The notes: a model not told the origin generated them from the letters alone. Shown: positions 1 to 9,061, counted from the first letter of the stretch. The stretch is 64,000 bases of DNA from an uncultured virus (IMG/VR IMGVR_UViG_3300009152_000001) (IMGVR_UViG_3300009152_000001); one strand, 5' to 3'. Program-made: numbers and translations.

Positions 1-20
1 CACTGGGCCTCGGCACATGC

Positions 21-176
21 TCATGCGCACTCATACCCCGTTGGCATCAGGATTTCAACACAGTCGTCATCTTGTGGGTCTGACGACACCGTGGGGTTGA
101 GGCAGGCATGCAACATTGCGATGGCGAACAGAATCCAGAACACCATCCACAGCCGCTCTTTGGTTTGGTTACTCAT
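21..176 (-). CDS. Small membrane protein (51 aa)
   Basis: Hand-translated MSNQTKERLWMVFWILFAIAMLHACLNP...; AAAGGAA RBS upstream; one hydrophobic helix; below the ORF-track cutoff. Confidence 0.55.
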   Translation of the reverse strand: MSNQTKERLWMVFWILFAIAMLHACLNPTVSSDPQDDDCVEILMPTGYECA

Positions 177-226
177 ATCGTTCCTTTGGACGGCGCAGCG
201 GTTGCTGCGTGTTGGGGTCGTAACGC

Positions 227-260
227 AAAGAGGGGGTGGAGGCGAACCCCCACCCCCTCT
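227..260 (-). terminator. Intrinsic terminator
   Basis: Minus strand AGAGGGGGTGGGGG-TTCG-CCTCCACCCCCTCT then TTT, just after the stop of 273..650. Confidence 0.7.
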
Positions 261-272
261 GTTGCTGTTTGG

Positions 273-650
273 TCACTCCGTGACAGTGGTCTTGCGGGGG
301 GTACCTTGGTACACACGCTTCATCACGTCGGTACGGGTCTGGCGCAGGATACGCACTCGCTGGTACACCGTCTGGGTGCTGCAACCGAACTGTGCAGCGA
401 TCTTGCTGGGCTTCTCGCCACCGTTCCAGAGAGCGATGAGCCGGTTAACAGCCTCGTCGCTCCATGCGATGTTCTTACGGGTGGTCTCGGGCTTGTTAGC
501 GCCGGTCACCGCCGACATCAACTTCTCCTCGGGGAGGTTGCACTCCCGTGCGATGAGGCTGAGGATGCGCCCGTGGGGCATGTCCTCTTCCATCAGCAGG
601 TGGATGAGGGTCTTGATGTCAAGGGTCTGGGTGTTGGTTTCGTGGTTCAT
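273..650 (-). CDS. HTH DNA-binding protein with a GcrA-like C-terminal HTH
   Basis: WSDEAVNRLIALWNGGEKPSKIAAQFGCSTQTVYQRVRILR resembles the GcrA N-terminal HTH; start moved to ATG 650, next to the upstream stop. Confidence 0.6.
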   Translation of the reverse strand: MNHETNTQTLDIKTLIHLLMEEDMPHGRILSLIARECNLPEEKLMSAVTGANKPETTRKNIAWSDEAVNRLIALWNGGEKPSKIAAQFGCSTQTVYQRVRILRQTRTDVMKRVYQGTPRKTTVTE

Positions 651-651
651 T

Positions 652-1017
652 TCACTTGATCCTGATTTGTGTGTATGGGGTTGTGGTTGTGATCTGGTCA
701 ACGACTGTCTTGTCAATCTTACCGCTTGTAATGGCTGCGTCAACCAGTTTGCTCTTGACTTCCTGCTCAGTCACAGCGGAGAACACCGCTGGCTTCACAA
801 GATTCTTGAGAAGTGAAGCATCGAATGACCGCTTAGCGGAGTGCACGAGAGTGACGACCTTACCGTCGCACTCTACGGTTGACAACCCCTGTCCGATCAT
901 TTCTGCCTTGATGATGGTTTCCAGTACATCAGCCGCCTCTTGCGCCGACTTGGCAGCGGCCCTAGTGGCGAGGTACTGACGGATGGTCTTGTTAAGTGAT
1001 TCCAGTTGGGAACTCAT
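652..1017 (-). CDS. Hypothetical phage protein (coiled-coil N-terminus)
   Basis: ORF in tight operon; ATG 1017 with upstream AGGA. Confidence 0.6.
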   Translation of the reverse strand: MSSQLESLNKTIRQYLATRAAAKSAQEAADVLETIIKAEMIGQGLSTVECDGKVVTLVHSAKRSFDASLLKNLVKPAVFSAVTEQEVKSKLVDAAITSGKIDKTVVDQITTTTPYTQIRIK

Positions 1018-1088
1018 GGTAGGTATCCTATCTAGGTGGTTCTTGCTTTGCAACTACTTGTCACTTATCAGTGTTAGTGATGTAACTG

Positions 1089-1367
1089 TTATATGCTTGA
1101 CGTATTAAGGAAATGGGCTGATACGGCCAGCACCTTAGCCCACTTCTTAGCGACGGCCTCGTCGTAGGTGGAGCACACGACTGGGCATGCGTGGTCACTC
1201 AAGTACACCTTCACTAAATACCGGCTCCTTGTGGACTCCCACCTCACTTCAACGTCCGTCCACACAATCTCTTTGACTCTGATCACGTGGTACTTCTCAC
1301 GTCCGGGGTTATCTACGACGATAACCCCGCCTACTGGCTCGTCTGGGTAAAACTCGTCCTCGTTCAT
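1089..1367 (-). CDS. Hypothetical protein
   Basis: AGGAG RBS; ATGA overlap with upstream gene. Confidence 0.6.
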   Translation of the reverse strand: MNEDEFYPDEPVGGVIVVDNPGREKYHVIRVKEIVWTDVEVRWESTRSRYLVKVYLSDHACPVVCSTYDEAVAKKWAKVLAVSAHFLNTSSI

Positions 1368-1570
1368 TCTGTCTCCTGTTCTACCTGCTGGATAATGTCA
1401 CTCCACGTGATACTGAGCATCCCGTGTGGGGCATCTGCCTCTTCGCCCCACACGGAGAATCGAACACCCTCAGCGTCGATATCGACGTTGCACGGCGTTC
1501 CGTTGACTATGACCGTTAGATCATCACCTTCGGTTACATCAATGTACATAACTCCGCTGCTCATGGTCAC
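1364..1570 (-). CDS. Hypothetical protein
   Basis: AAGGAG RBS; packed between neighbours. Confidence 0.55.
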   Translation of the reverse strand: MTMSSGVMYIDVTEGDDLTVIVNGTPCNVDIDAEGVRFSVWGEEADAPHGMLSITWSDIIQQVEQETE

Positions 1571-1573
1571 TCC

Positions 1574-3031
1574 TTATCGGTAACTGTCCAACACTCCCTC
1601 TTGGATACCCTCCAAGAGGTACTCTCCCTCGCCGTCGATGAGTTCACCAGTGGCGAAAGCCTTCTGCTCAAGAACCGACCACAACCGCTCGTCAATGGTC
1701 CAGCGATTCTCAAGGCTGCACAACGTAACTTCCACGTGTACATCGTGGGTCTGGCCGATGCGGTGCAGTCGGTCTTCGGCCTGCCGCAAGTCAGCGGGTG
1801 TCCACGGCAACTGTGCCACCACCACCTTGTGATTGAGTCCACCGCCGTGGAGGGTGAGGCCCACACCAGCAGCAACGATCTGCCCAACGAGCACACGTGC
1901 TGCCCCGCTGTTGAAGGCGTCGACTGCCTCCGTCTTCTGTTTGTCAGTCATACCACCCCTTACCACGGCACATCCGTACTTGATAAGGCCGTCATACAGA
2001 GCGTCCATCACATCGACGTTCTCCGCCACCACGAACACACCGCCCGGTTCCGAGTCAAGCAGTTCTTTCACGTGTTCGATGACCCCTCCCACCTTGGCCA
2101 TGCCAGCAGTCCTACGCAACAGGCCCATCCGCACCAGTGCTTCCGACTTGAGCGCACCACTGATGCTCTTGTCCTCGCCCTGCAAGAAGGCGATAAGGTC
2201 GTCTTCGATGCGGGGGTAGTCACGGGCTGCCTTACCCGAACCTTCGATAGCGATAGCAGACCTGCCCTTGTTAGGCAACTCAAGCACATCATCTCGCTTA
2301 CGGCGCATCATGAACGATTGCATTGCTTGGTGCAAGCCCTGCGTGTCGTTGTTACCACGAGAACCCCATGAGTTGACCTTGGGGCAGTAGTAGTTCCAGA
2401 ACTTACCCTTACCGCCGATAGCGGTCCATGCCTTCTGTCCGAGGATGTCCAGTTGGCCCGCCAACTCAGCGTGCCTACCGTTGGGAGTCGGGGTACCGGA
2501 CAGCAGAACCTTGCGACCAGTAACACCCCCAGCGATAGTCGTAAGCGCCTTGGCACGTTTGCTGTCGTGATTCTTGTGGCGGTGCGCCTCATCAACGATG
2601 AGCGTCTTGACGCGCCCAGTCAACTGTGGCTCCCAGTGGGTGAGCACGCTATCGCCCACGATGTACAGGTCGACGTTGGGAAGAGCACGTGCCCTAGTAC
2701 CGTCAATGACGATGCCCCGCAGCCACGGTGCGAACTTCTGGATTTCACGCACCCAGTTTGTTCGCAGACTTGGCGGCACCACGATTGCGATGGGCGTGAG
2801 TCCAGCGTTCTTGGATGCTGCTGCGATAGCGATAGCAACCGCCGTCTTACCCAACCCCATATCAAGGGCTAGATAAGACGACTCGTTCGTAAGGGCAAAG
2901 TCACGCGCCTCCTCCTGATACGGCAGCAGGTCCAGTTGCAGGTCGACCGGGGCCAACGCCGTCACCGCTGGGGTGCTGGGGGTAGCGGTTGTATTGTCAA
3001 TGGCGCTAAGGAAGTCATCCAGTTCCATCAC
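1574..3031 (-). CDS. SNF2/SF2 DNA helicase (DEAH box)
   Basis: LLPYQ Q-motif, DMGLGKT, LIVDEAH, LSGTP, AAGVGLTL, QAEDRLHRIGQ. Confidence 0.93.
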   Translation of the reverse strand: MMELDDFLSAIDNTTATPSTPAVTALAPVDLQLDLLPYQEEARDFALTNESSYLALDMGLGKTAVAIAIAAASKNAGLTPIAIVVPPSLRTNWVREIQKFAPWLRGIVIDGTRARALPNVDLYIVGDSVLTHWEPQLTGRVKTLIVDEAHRHKNHDSKRAKALTTIAGGVTGRKVLLSGTPTPNGRHAELAGQLDILGQKAWTAIGGKGKFWNYYCPKVNSWGSRGNNDTQGLHQAMQSFMMRRKRDDVLELPNKGRSAIAIEGSGKAARDYPRIEDDLIAFLQGEDKSISGALKSEALVRMGLLRRTAGMAKVGGVIEHVKELLDSEPGGVFVVAENVDVMDALYDGLIKYGCAVVRGGMTDKQKTEAVDAFNSGAARVLVGQIVAAGVGLTLHGGGLNHKVVVAQLPWTPADLRQAEDRLHRIGQTHDVHVEVTLCSLENRWTIDERLWSVLEQKAFATGELIDGEGEYLLEGIQEGVLDSYR

Positions 3032-3282
3032 GCGTCCTTTCGGTTAGGGATAGTCACTTCTGCTATTACCTTGTTAACTCGCGCACCGTCTTCAAGAGCC
3101 ATTGCTTCGCTCTCCAAGGTGGTGGCCAAGGATTCTTCAAGTGCCTCGGATACATCAAGCATGAGTTTGCCGATGTCATAGTGATTGAGCGCTGTGGCCT
3201 CATCTTCCATAACGAATGTAACTGTTACATCCAACTTGAAAGAGAGATTACGCTTCGGATAGATTTGGCTAGGGTGCTGCAT
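3028..3282 (-). CDS. Hypothetical protein
   Basis: Stop overlaps helicase start; start uncertain. Confidence 0.5.
   Translation of the reverse strand: MQHPSQIYPKRNLSFKLDVTVTFVMEDEATALNHYDIGKLMLDVSEALEESLATTLESEAMALEDGARVNKVIAEVTIPNRKDA
3217..3229. promoter_or_regulatory. Palindromic site TGTAACNGTTACA (perfect)
   Basis: ATGTAACTGTTACAT, inside ORF 3028..3282. Confidence 0.7.
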
Positions 3283-3415
3283 AGTTGTACGGTTCTTTCA
3301 TGCTCGCTTTGATATTGTCAACCATCCACGGGGCGATACTTGTAATGATGTCTAGGTAAGCCTGCGCCACGTCCTCATCATCTGCTGAGAACGTGACTGT
3401 GATTTCGTAACGCAT
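3269..3415 (-). CDS. Hypothetical protein (48 aa)
   Basis: MRYEITVTFSADEDVAQAYLDII...; AAAGGAG RBS; hand-translated. Confidence 0.55.
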   Translation of the reverse strand: MRYEITVTFSADDEDVAQAYLDIITSIAPWMVDNIKASMKEPYNYAAP

Positions 3416-3426
3416 TGTTATCTCCT

Positions 3427-5466
3427 TTACGCCATGAACCCAGCGAGGGACTTGGTGAACTCAGCGGGCATACGCATGAGGTCATTGATGGCCACACACG
3501 CATTGGGATTCTTATTCCTGAGGATGGCAGTGCTGTACATACCGAACCCCAGCAGCAGGAAGTACCTGCCGGGGCTACCGAACGGAGACAGCGACGGGGT
3601 ATCAGACCAATCACCATCGGTAAGGATGAGTACGAGATGACGCCGCTTGTCATGTCGCTGCGAGTCAAGCATCGACAGGATTGCAGCCGGTTCGGTACCA
3701 CCGTTGGCGTAGACCAAGTAGGGAGTAGTCTGCTCACCCGCTCGGTACACCGCACCCTCCACGCTATTGAACGTGGAGACATCACAGGGAATATCCAGTT
3801 CATCACAAGCGAGTCGGATACTGAGAGCAGCAACGGACAACTGCTTGGTGTGATGCTCCATGGAGTACGACGTGTCAAGCACGACGGACACCGACAGGTC
3901 ATAACCGTGACTGCCGCTATCGTCAAGACCTGACCAATAGTCGGTGTCCCCCGGCTCCCGCATCACATACGCAGTCGGGTCAAGCACACCCATCTCCTGA
4001 CGGAATCGCCACGACGGGTTGGTCTGGTCAAGCAGATGCTCCAGCGAGCCGATGATACCGCCCTTGATGGTAATGGCCTTAGCGATGCTCTCTGCGTCCA
4101 TCGGCTTCGCCGTGGGGTCACGCTTGAGTTCTTGGCTCAGTTCTTCGTTGACCTTGGTTACGAACGACCGGACATCACTGTTAACCGTAGGCTTGACTGA
4201 TTCAAGGATGTCATTGATCATGTCCTGCACGTCACTCTGTCCCCGCCCAGCACCGTTACCCTTAGACGCAGCCTGACCGTCGTTGATATCGCCGTTATTG
4301 TCGTTACCGGGTTTGGGGCTGTTGCTACGGGATGGGGTGCTGCCGTCGTCATCCTCGTCCTCGCCGTCACTGTCGTCTGGACCAGCGCCCGATTGCGACC
4401 CTGCGTCGTCCTCGCCAGCGTCAGGCTGCTGCGGCTGGCTGGGGCCACCCTGACTGTCGTCGGGGGAGTCCTCATACTCGTCGTCGTCAGCATCCTCGTA
4501 GCCGGTGGCACCGTCCATATCGGGGAGTTGCTTCGGCAGTTGGCTACCGAATCGGTGCGACTGATGCTCAGACTCATGCTTAGTGCCCATAAGACCCCAC
4601 TGCATCATCAGCGCATGGAAGTCACACAGAGCATTGAACAGTTCCTCGTCGGTGCGAGCCACCCGATACCTAGCGACAGCGGAGTCGATGAGAGGAACCA
4701 AGGCAGCGTTGTGCTTCTTGGCCAGTTTGCGCATTGACTTACGCAGGTCATACGGCAGATACAGACGGCCTGTTACATAAGGCCACGAACCACCAAGGTC
4801 GTCATGGTTGACCACCACGTTGAGTGCAGTCGCTGTGTAGTAGTTGGCCAGCACCGGTGACACAGTGACCATGGCCATCTCCATGCGCTGGTCTTCGATG
4901 ATGTTCCAACTGCGCTGCATCAACTGCTGGTCACCCCGGTCGACCTCACGCAACCTCCTCGCGCGGTCACGAATCTCATCGGTCGCCCCGGACGTCTGAA
5001 TCTTCTCAAGGAGGTGCATGAACGGGAAGGTGTACAGGATGTGACCACCCTCGTGGTACACAGCGCCCTTGATTGTGAACACATACTTGGCGACAGACTC
5101 AAAGTCTGTGAAGTTGAGGCCCTCGGTCTTGGCTGACACATAGATGCGCTTGAAGTCCGTGTAAGCCTTGAAGTCACTGCCATGATACGGGGGCAGTTGC
5201 TCCACCTGCACGGGAACGTCCACACCGAAAGCACCAAGCACCTTGTGTGCCAAGTCCGCCGTACTGTGCAGCAAGGCACCCTGTGATGATTTCTTACGGT
5301 CGTTGACTTCCTCTGCCATGCGCTTACGGCGCAGCAGAGTCTCAAGAGCGTGCGCTCGTTGAGTACCAAGCGCACGCTCCTTCTCTGCTTTGAGGGTGTT
5401 ACGAACGCTGGAACGACGATTGTTAAGTTGCTTCTTATCCATGTAGGTCATCAGAATGCACTCCAT
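3427..5466 (-). CDS. vWA-domain protein with N-terminal HExxH metallopeptidase-like domain (CobT-like MoxR partner)
   Basis: VYHEGGHILY, WNIIEDQRME, acidic linker, MIDAS VLDTSYS...GGT...ILTDG. Confidence 0.85.
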   Translation of the reverse strand: MECILMTYMDKKQLNNRRSSVRNTLKAEKERALGTQRAHALETLLRRKRMAEEVNDRKKSSQGALLHSTADLAHKVLGAFGVDVPVQVEQLPPYHGSDFKAYTDFKRIYVSAKTEGLNFTDFESVAKYVFTIKGAVYHEGGHILYTFPFMHLLEKIQTSGATDEIRDRARRLREVDRGDQQLMQRSWNIIEDQRMEMAMVTVSPVLANYYTATALNVVVNHDDLGGSWPYVTGRLYLPYDLRKSMRKLAKKHNAALVPLIDSAVARYRVARTDEELFNALCDFHALMMQWGLMGTKHESEHQSHRFGSQLPKQLPDMDGATGYEDADDDEYEDSPDDSQGGPSQPQQPDAGEDDAGSQSGAGPDDSDGEDEDDDGSTPSRSNSPKPGNDNNGDINDGQAASKGNGAGRGQSDVQDMINDILESVKPTVNSDVRSFVTKVNEELSQELKRDPTAKPMDAESIAKAITIKGGIIGSLEHLLDQTNPSWRFRQEMGVLDPTAYVMREPGDTDYWSGLDDSGSHGYDLSVSVVLDTSYSMEHHTKQLSVAALSIRLACDELDIPCDVSTFNSVEGAVYRAGEQTTPYLVYANGGTEPAAILSMLDSQRHDKRRHLVLILTDGDWSDTPSLSPFGSPGRYFLLLGFGMYSTAILRNKNPNACVAINDLMRMPAEFTKSLAGFMA

Positions 5467-6716
5467 CCCTCGTTGTTAACGGTTACAGTCTCGTCAATGA
5501 CTTCCTCAGCGGGAGTCTCTTCCTTGGGCTTACGGGCCTCTTCCTCAGCCTCCAGCATCATGCGGATGCTCTTGTCGTTGATGATTTCTTCGACAACGGA
5601 AGCCTCGGCCTTACTGGTGAACTGCCCGCTGAATGCCCACAGGGCGAAGTCGACACCAAGACCGATGAGGTCTTGCTCCAACCGCTGCAAAGCGGAGGTG
5701 CCGACAGGGGTTGTGATAGCACGGGTCTCACGTGCAGTACGGAGAGCCTGACCCAGCAGCCTGATAGCAGGCGACTTGATGAGGCGCTTCTCTACTTCCT
5801 CGTCATAACCCCAAGGCAGCCACACGAAACGATTGGCGAATGCCTCGTTGGTCTTGCTCATACCGGCATAACCGGGGTTGTAGGTGCACAGCGTCCACAA
5901 GTCGGTGGAGCACTTGGTGACCTCGGGCATGTAGTTGCCGTGCTCGGTGCGAATCGGCTTGCGGTAGTTGGTGAAGTAACGCCGGTCATCCAACACGGGG
6001 TGGATAGCCGACGTTACGTTACCGGGAATTGCATTGACCTCGTCAAGGTACAAAATGCCACCCAGCCGCACTGCGAGGGCGACGATACCCTCCATCCAGC
6101 GCAACTCACCGGAATCGTCGGGACGATACTGACCGAACAGGTCGTGGTCGGTGATAGCGGACGAACCGGCCAGAGTAAACACCGGCAGGGGCTTGCTGAG
6201 GCCCATGCGCTCAGCGATGACGAACGCCATGACCTCAACGAGCATCGTCTTACCGGACTGAGTGTCACCGACGAGACCGACGTTGGTTGCATAACCGCTG
6301 CTATCACGGCGTGACCAGTAGTTGACGAGCACGTCGATGTCCTTGATGTTCCCCGGCAGAGTACGGGACACGTACTCCTTGAGAATCTTGGGACGGGTCG
6401 GACGGAACTGGTCAAGCACGGGGTCATCCAGCGACTCAATCTTGGTCACGGACATAACGACCATTGGATTAGGTGCTGTAACGGTTACAACATGGGACGG
6501 GGCGGCGGTTGCGACGGGAGGCTGTCCGGGCAGCATGACCAACTTGGGGATTACCCACTCGTCACCGACACCGTCGATGTTGACGAGAATCTTGCGCTGG
6601 TTATACATACCGTCAGGGATGACCGCAGGGTCGATAACGGTGGCGTGAAGTCCCCCGAACGGGCCGCTCTTGATGACGACACGCTGCTGGGCACGCAGTT
6701 GCTTGGCACTAGCCAT
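5451..6716 (-). CDS. MoxR/CbbQ-NirQ-like AAA+ ATPase with N-terminal KOW-like motif
   Basis: Walker A GDTQSGKT, Walker B LYLDEVN, TYNPGYAG, EAFANRF; adjacent to the vWA gene. Confidence 0.9.
   Translation of the reverse strand: MASAKQLRAQQRVVIKSGPFGGLHATVIDPAVIPDGMYNQRKILVNIDGVGDEWVIPKLVMLPGQPPVATAAPSHVVTVTAPNPMVVMSVTKIESLDDPVLDQFRPTRPKILKEYVSRTLPGNIKDIDVLVNYWSRRDSSGYATNVGLVGDTQSGKTMLVEVMAFVIAERMGLSKPLPVFTLAGSSAITDHDLFGQYRPDDSGELRWMEGIVALAVRLGGILYLDEVNAIPGNVTSAIHPVLDDRRYFTNYRKPIRTEHGNYMPEVTKCSTDLWTLCTYNPGYAGMSKTNEAFANRFVWLPWGYDEEVEKRLIKSPAIRLLGQALRTARETRAITTPVGTSALQRLEQDLIGLGVDFALWAFSGQFTSKAEASVVEEIINDKSIRMMLEAEEEARKPKEETPAEEVIDETVTVNNEGWSAF
6477..6489. promoter_or_regulatory. Palindromic site TGTAACNGTTACA (perfect)
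   Basis: TGTAACGGTTACA within the linker-coding part of the ATPase gene. Confidence 0.7.
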
Positions 6717-6782
6717 TGTGGTTCTCCTTGTATTCAGGGTTGGATTGTAACTTGTTACATCTTGTAAATGCTGTGACCTTTG

Positions 6783-7307
6783 TCACCTAGCGGCAGCGCG
6801 CAAGTCGTTTGCCAACTTATTGAACTTCTGGAACACAGCGTCATTGAGAGCATCGTACGGGTCATACGAAAGGTCGTCCTCATCAATGTCAGGGATTTCA
6901 GGATAAGAGGCGCTTACATCCATAACGGTTTCACCATTGCGGATGTATTCACCACCCATGAACTCCATGCCGCCCTCTTCGTAGACGATAACGAACTTGA
7001 GGTCGGGGAACAACTTGCTGATGCTGATGATGGCCTCAATGGGAGGACTCCATGCGGTGTAGAACACGTAGTGCAGCCCCTCACCCGCTTTTTCTCTGTG
7101 GGTGTGGCAGTCACCCCACTTGGTGCCCCAGTTCGTGATGCACCAGTCGTACCACCCATCGCCCAAGTCGTCAGGAATAGGTAGGAAGGTTTTGATGATT
7201 GACAAGTCGTCCTCGGGCTGGGCGCCCTCGTCTACCTGAGAAGCGAACTTGTCAAGGGATTCCTTATCCCCTGTAATGTAAAGATGGTTGAAGCACCAGT
7301 TAGGCAT
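6783..7307 (-). CDS. DUF1281/YubB ferredoxin-like family protein
   Basis: MPNWCFNHLYITG, WYDWCITNWGTKW, YTAWSPP, YEEGGMEFMG family motifs. Confidence 0.85.
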   Translation of the reverse strand: MPNWCFNHLYITGDKESLDKFASQVDEGAQPEDDLSIIKTFLPIPDDLGDGWYDWCITNWGTKWGDCHTHREKAGEGLHYVFYTAWSPPIEAIISISKLFPDLKFVIVYEEGGMEFMGGEYIRNGETVMDVSASYPEIPDIDEDDLSYDPYDALNDAVFQKFNKLANDLRAAAR

Positions 7308-7308
7308 C

Positions 7309-7473
7309 TCAGTTCTCCATGTAGTTGAACGAGGCGGGCGACTCTACGAGCGAGACCCACCAATCACCTGTGACAATCATGTCTTCGCACCACTCCACCG
7401 CAGTGCCCATGTCATCAAACGGCCCGTAATAGTCGAATCCCTCCACGGGATTACCAACGATTGCGATGATCAT
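7309..7473 (-). CDS. Hypothetical protein (54 aa)
   Basis: MIIAIVGNPVEGFDYYGPF...; GAGGA RBS; fills the gap exactly. Confidence 0.6.
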   Translation of the reverse strand: MIIAIVGNPVEGFDYYGPFDDMGTAVEWCEDMIVTGDWWVSLVESPASFNYMEN

Positions 7474-7799
7474 TCCTCATCCTCTCCGGGGTAGCACTCC
7501 TTGCATCCCCATTTTCCACAGCCCTCGTCATCGTCTGGCTCATCACCAGCAAGGGCGCAGCCCTCACAGTACAACTTGTCATACTCTTCATCCTGCCAAC
7601 AGTCAATCCACTTGACGTAGGCAGGGCCATCCTCGCTATCTACGAGAATCGCTCCGATGTAGTCACGGCATGAGTCGCACTTCCACTCGTCTACCGGACC
7701 AACGTAATCGCCCTCATCATCCTCATACTCTCCGCAGTCGACTTGCTTGAGTACGCTGTTATCGGGCTGAGTGGTAAGCCACCTATCAAAGGGTGTCAT
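7470..7799 (-). CDS. Acidic Cys-rich (zinc-binding) hypothetical protein
   Basis: CxxC pairs CDSC, CEGC, CKEC. Confidence 0.6.
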   Translation of the reverse strand: MTPFDRWLTTQPDNSVLKQVDCGEYEDDEGDYVGPVDEWKCDSCRDYIGAILVDSEDGPAYVKWIDCWQDEEYDKLYCEGCALAGDEPDDDEGCGKWGCKECYPGEDEE

Positions 7800-8056
7800 T
7801 GCTCCCCCTCATGTTGACGGGCACCACACTCGGGGCACAACTGCGCCGACTCGCCCACGTTGGCAGACGTTACGGGCTTGATGAGGACGGCTATGTACCA
7901 CACCGACCCCGTCAACTCGTCACCACAGTCGTCGCAATACTCTGTGTCGATGTAGTTGCCCATCCACTCTTCGTAGAGTTGTGGGTCGCCGGTGGCTGAG
8001 TACACAGCCAACACCCGCTGCCGGTCACGTTCGATAAGGTCATCTGTGTCAGACAC
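7796..8056 (-). CDS. Zinc-ribbon hypothetical protein
   Basis: CDDC...CPEC; GGAGG RBS. Confidence 0.55.
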   Translation of the reverse strand: MSDTDDLIERDRQRVLAVYSATGDPQLYEEWMGNYIDTEYCDDCGDELTGSVWYIAVLIKPVTSANVGESAQLCPECGARQHEGEQ

Positions 8057-8609
8057 GGTTCATATCCTCCATTGTAACGGTTACAGCCCATGAGGCAATG
8101 ATTGTTTCTGCTTCTTGTTGTGATGGGTAACGCCAGCCGAAACGGGCAGCACACGTGGCCCCGTAACCAGCGGCAATGGACCGGGCGTCGGTTAGCGTGG
8201 GGTCTCGTCCTTCCGCTAGGCACACAACGCACGTGCCCTTACCATCCTTGCTGATGGTGCGCCCGAGTTCAGCCACCTCCTTGTCCGTCATCATCGCGTC
8301 AGGAGTGCAGCCTGTCAAGGCTTTCTTACCGGTGTATTCCCAACGACCGGCGAACGACTTGCTAGTGATGTGCCCACTACGAGCACGGTAGGCGAACACC
8401 ACGGTGTCCCCCACCTTATAGAAGCCAACCTCAGGGTCAGGGATATTGTAGATATCCTTCTTGATACCTTTGAGGTTGTTGATGAGGCGGCTCGCCTCCC
8501 ACGAAGTGGTGGGCGGCTTGAGCCATTCCGGTGCAGGCGTAAGCCCCTGCCTCCGCTCCTGCACTAGGACTTTTATCCAGTCCATTTGCTTTTGTGATGG
8601 TTGGTTCAT
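8049..8609 (-). CDS. DUF6011-like zinc-finger protein
   Basis: CVVC...LTDARSIAAGYGATCA; start moved to ATG 8609 after GGAGG. Confidence 0.7.
   Translation of the reverse strand: MNQPSQKQMDWIKVLVQERRQGLTPAPEWLKPPTTSWEASRLINNLKGIKKDIYNIPDPEVGFYKVGDTVVFAYRARSGHITSKSFAGRWEYTGKKALTGCTPDAMMTDKEVAELGRTISKDGKGTCVVCLAEGRDPTLTDARSIAAGYGATCAARFGWRYPSQQEAETIIASWAVTVTMEDMNRV
8073..8085. promoter_or_regulatory. Palindromic site TGTAACNGTTACA (perfect)
   Basis: Directly upstream of the RBS of 7796..8056. Confidence 0.75.
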
Positions 8610-8623
8610 GGTTCCTCCAAATG

Positions 8624-8653
8624 TAAGAGGGAGGGGTTTCCCCCTCCCTCTTA
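8624..8653 (-). terminator. Perfect 13-bp stem hairpin (terminator/attenuator-like)
   Basis: TAAGAGGGAGGGG-TTTC-CCCCTCCCTCTTA between genes. Confidence 0.6.
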
Positions 8654-8669
8654 TCTGTCTTGGTTGTGT

Positions 8670-8682
8670 TGTAACGGTTACA
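8670..8682. promoter_or_regulatory. Palindromic site TGTAACNGTTACA (perfect)
   Basis: TTGTAACGGTTACAA overlapping the stop of 8678..9061. Confidence 0.75.
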
Positions 8683-9061
8683 ATGCCCAAGGGGCATAAC
8701 AATTGCCCCATGCCTTTCGTGCGTACTCGCATAGACGAGCAGCACTCCAGATGTTGTACGTCGGATTCATGAGCAGCCATGACGTGACTGGTGCGCCCAG
8801 TCGCATGGTCAGGTACTTATGGTTCACGTCGTTGATCTGGAGCAGACCCGAGTCACGGCTCTTCGACCGTACATCAGGCGTGCAGCGGCTCTCACGCCAC
8901 ATCAGTCGTGACATGCGGTTCACGTCCCATCCCCCCTTAGGGGCAAGGGCCGCAAGTGCAGGCTCGTACTGTTGACACCTCCCAACGGCAGCGTCTGCCT
9001 TAGCAGGGAGGCCCGTGAGGGCCGTGGTAGCCAGAAGCATTGCAGCGAGTCGTCGCTTCAT
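8678..9061 (-). CDS. Secreted lysozyme-like/lytic transglycosylase (SLT) protein
   Basis: Signal peptide MKRRLAAMLLATTALTGLPAKADA; MWRES catalytic Glu; DSGLLQIN; NPTYNIWSAARL; AAAGGAG RBS. Confidence 0.85.
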   Translation of the reverse strand: MKRRLAAMLLATTALTGLPAKADAAVGRCQQYEPALAALAPKGGWDVNRMSRLMWRESRCTPDVRSKSRDSGLLQINDVNHKYLTMRLGAPVTSWLLMNPTYNIWSAARLCEYARKAWGNCYAPWAL

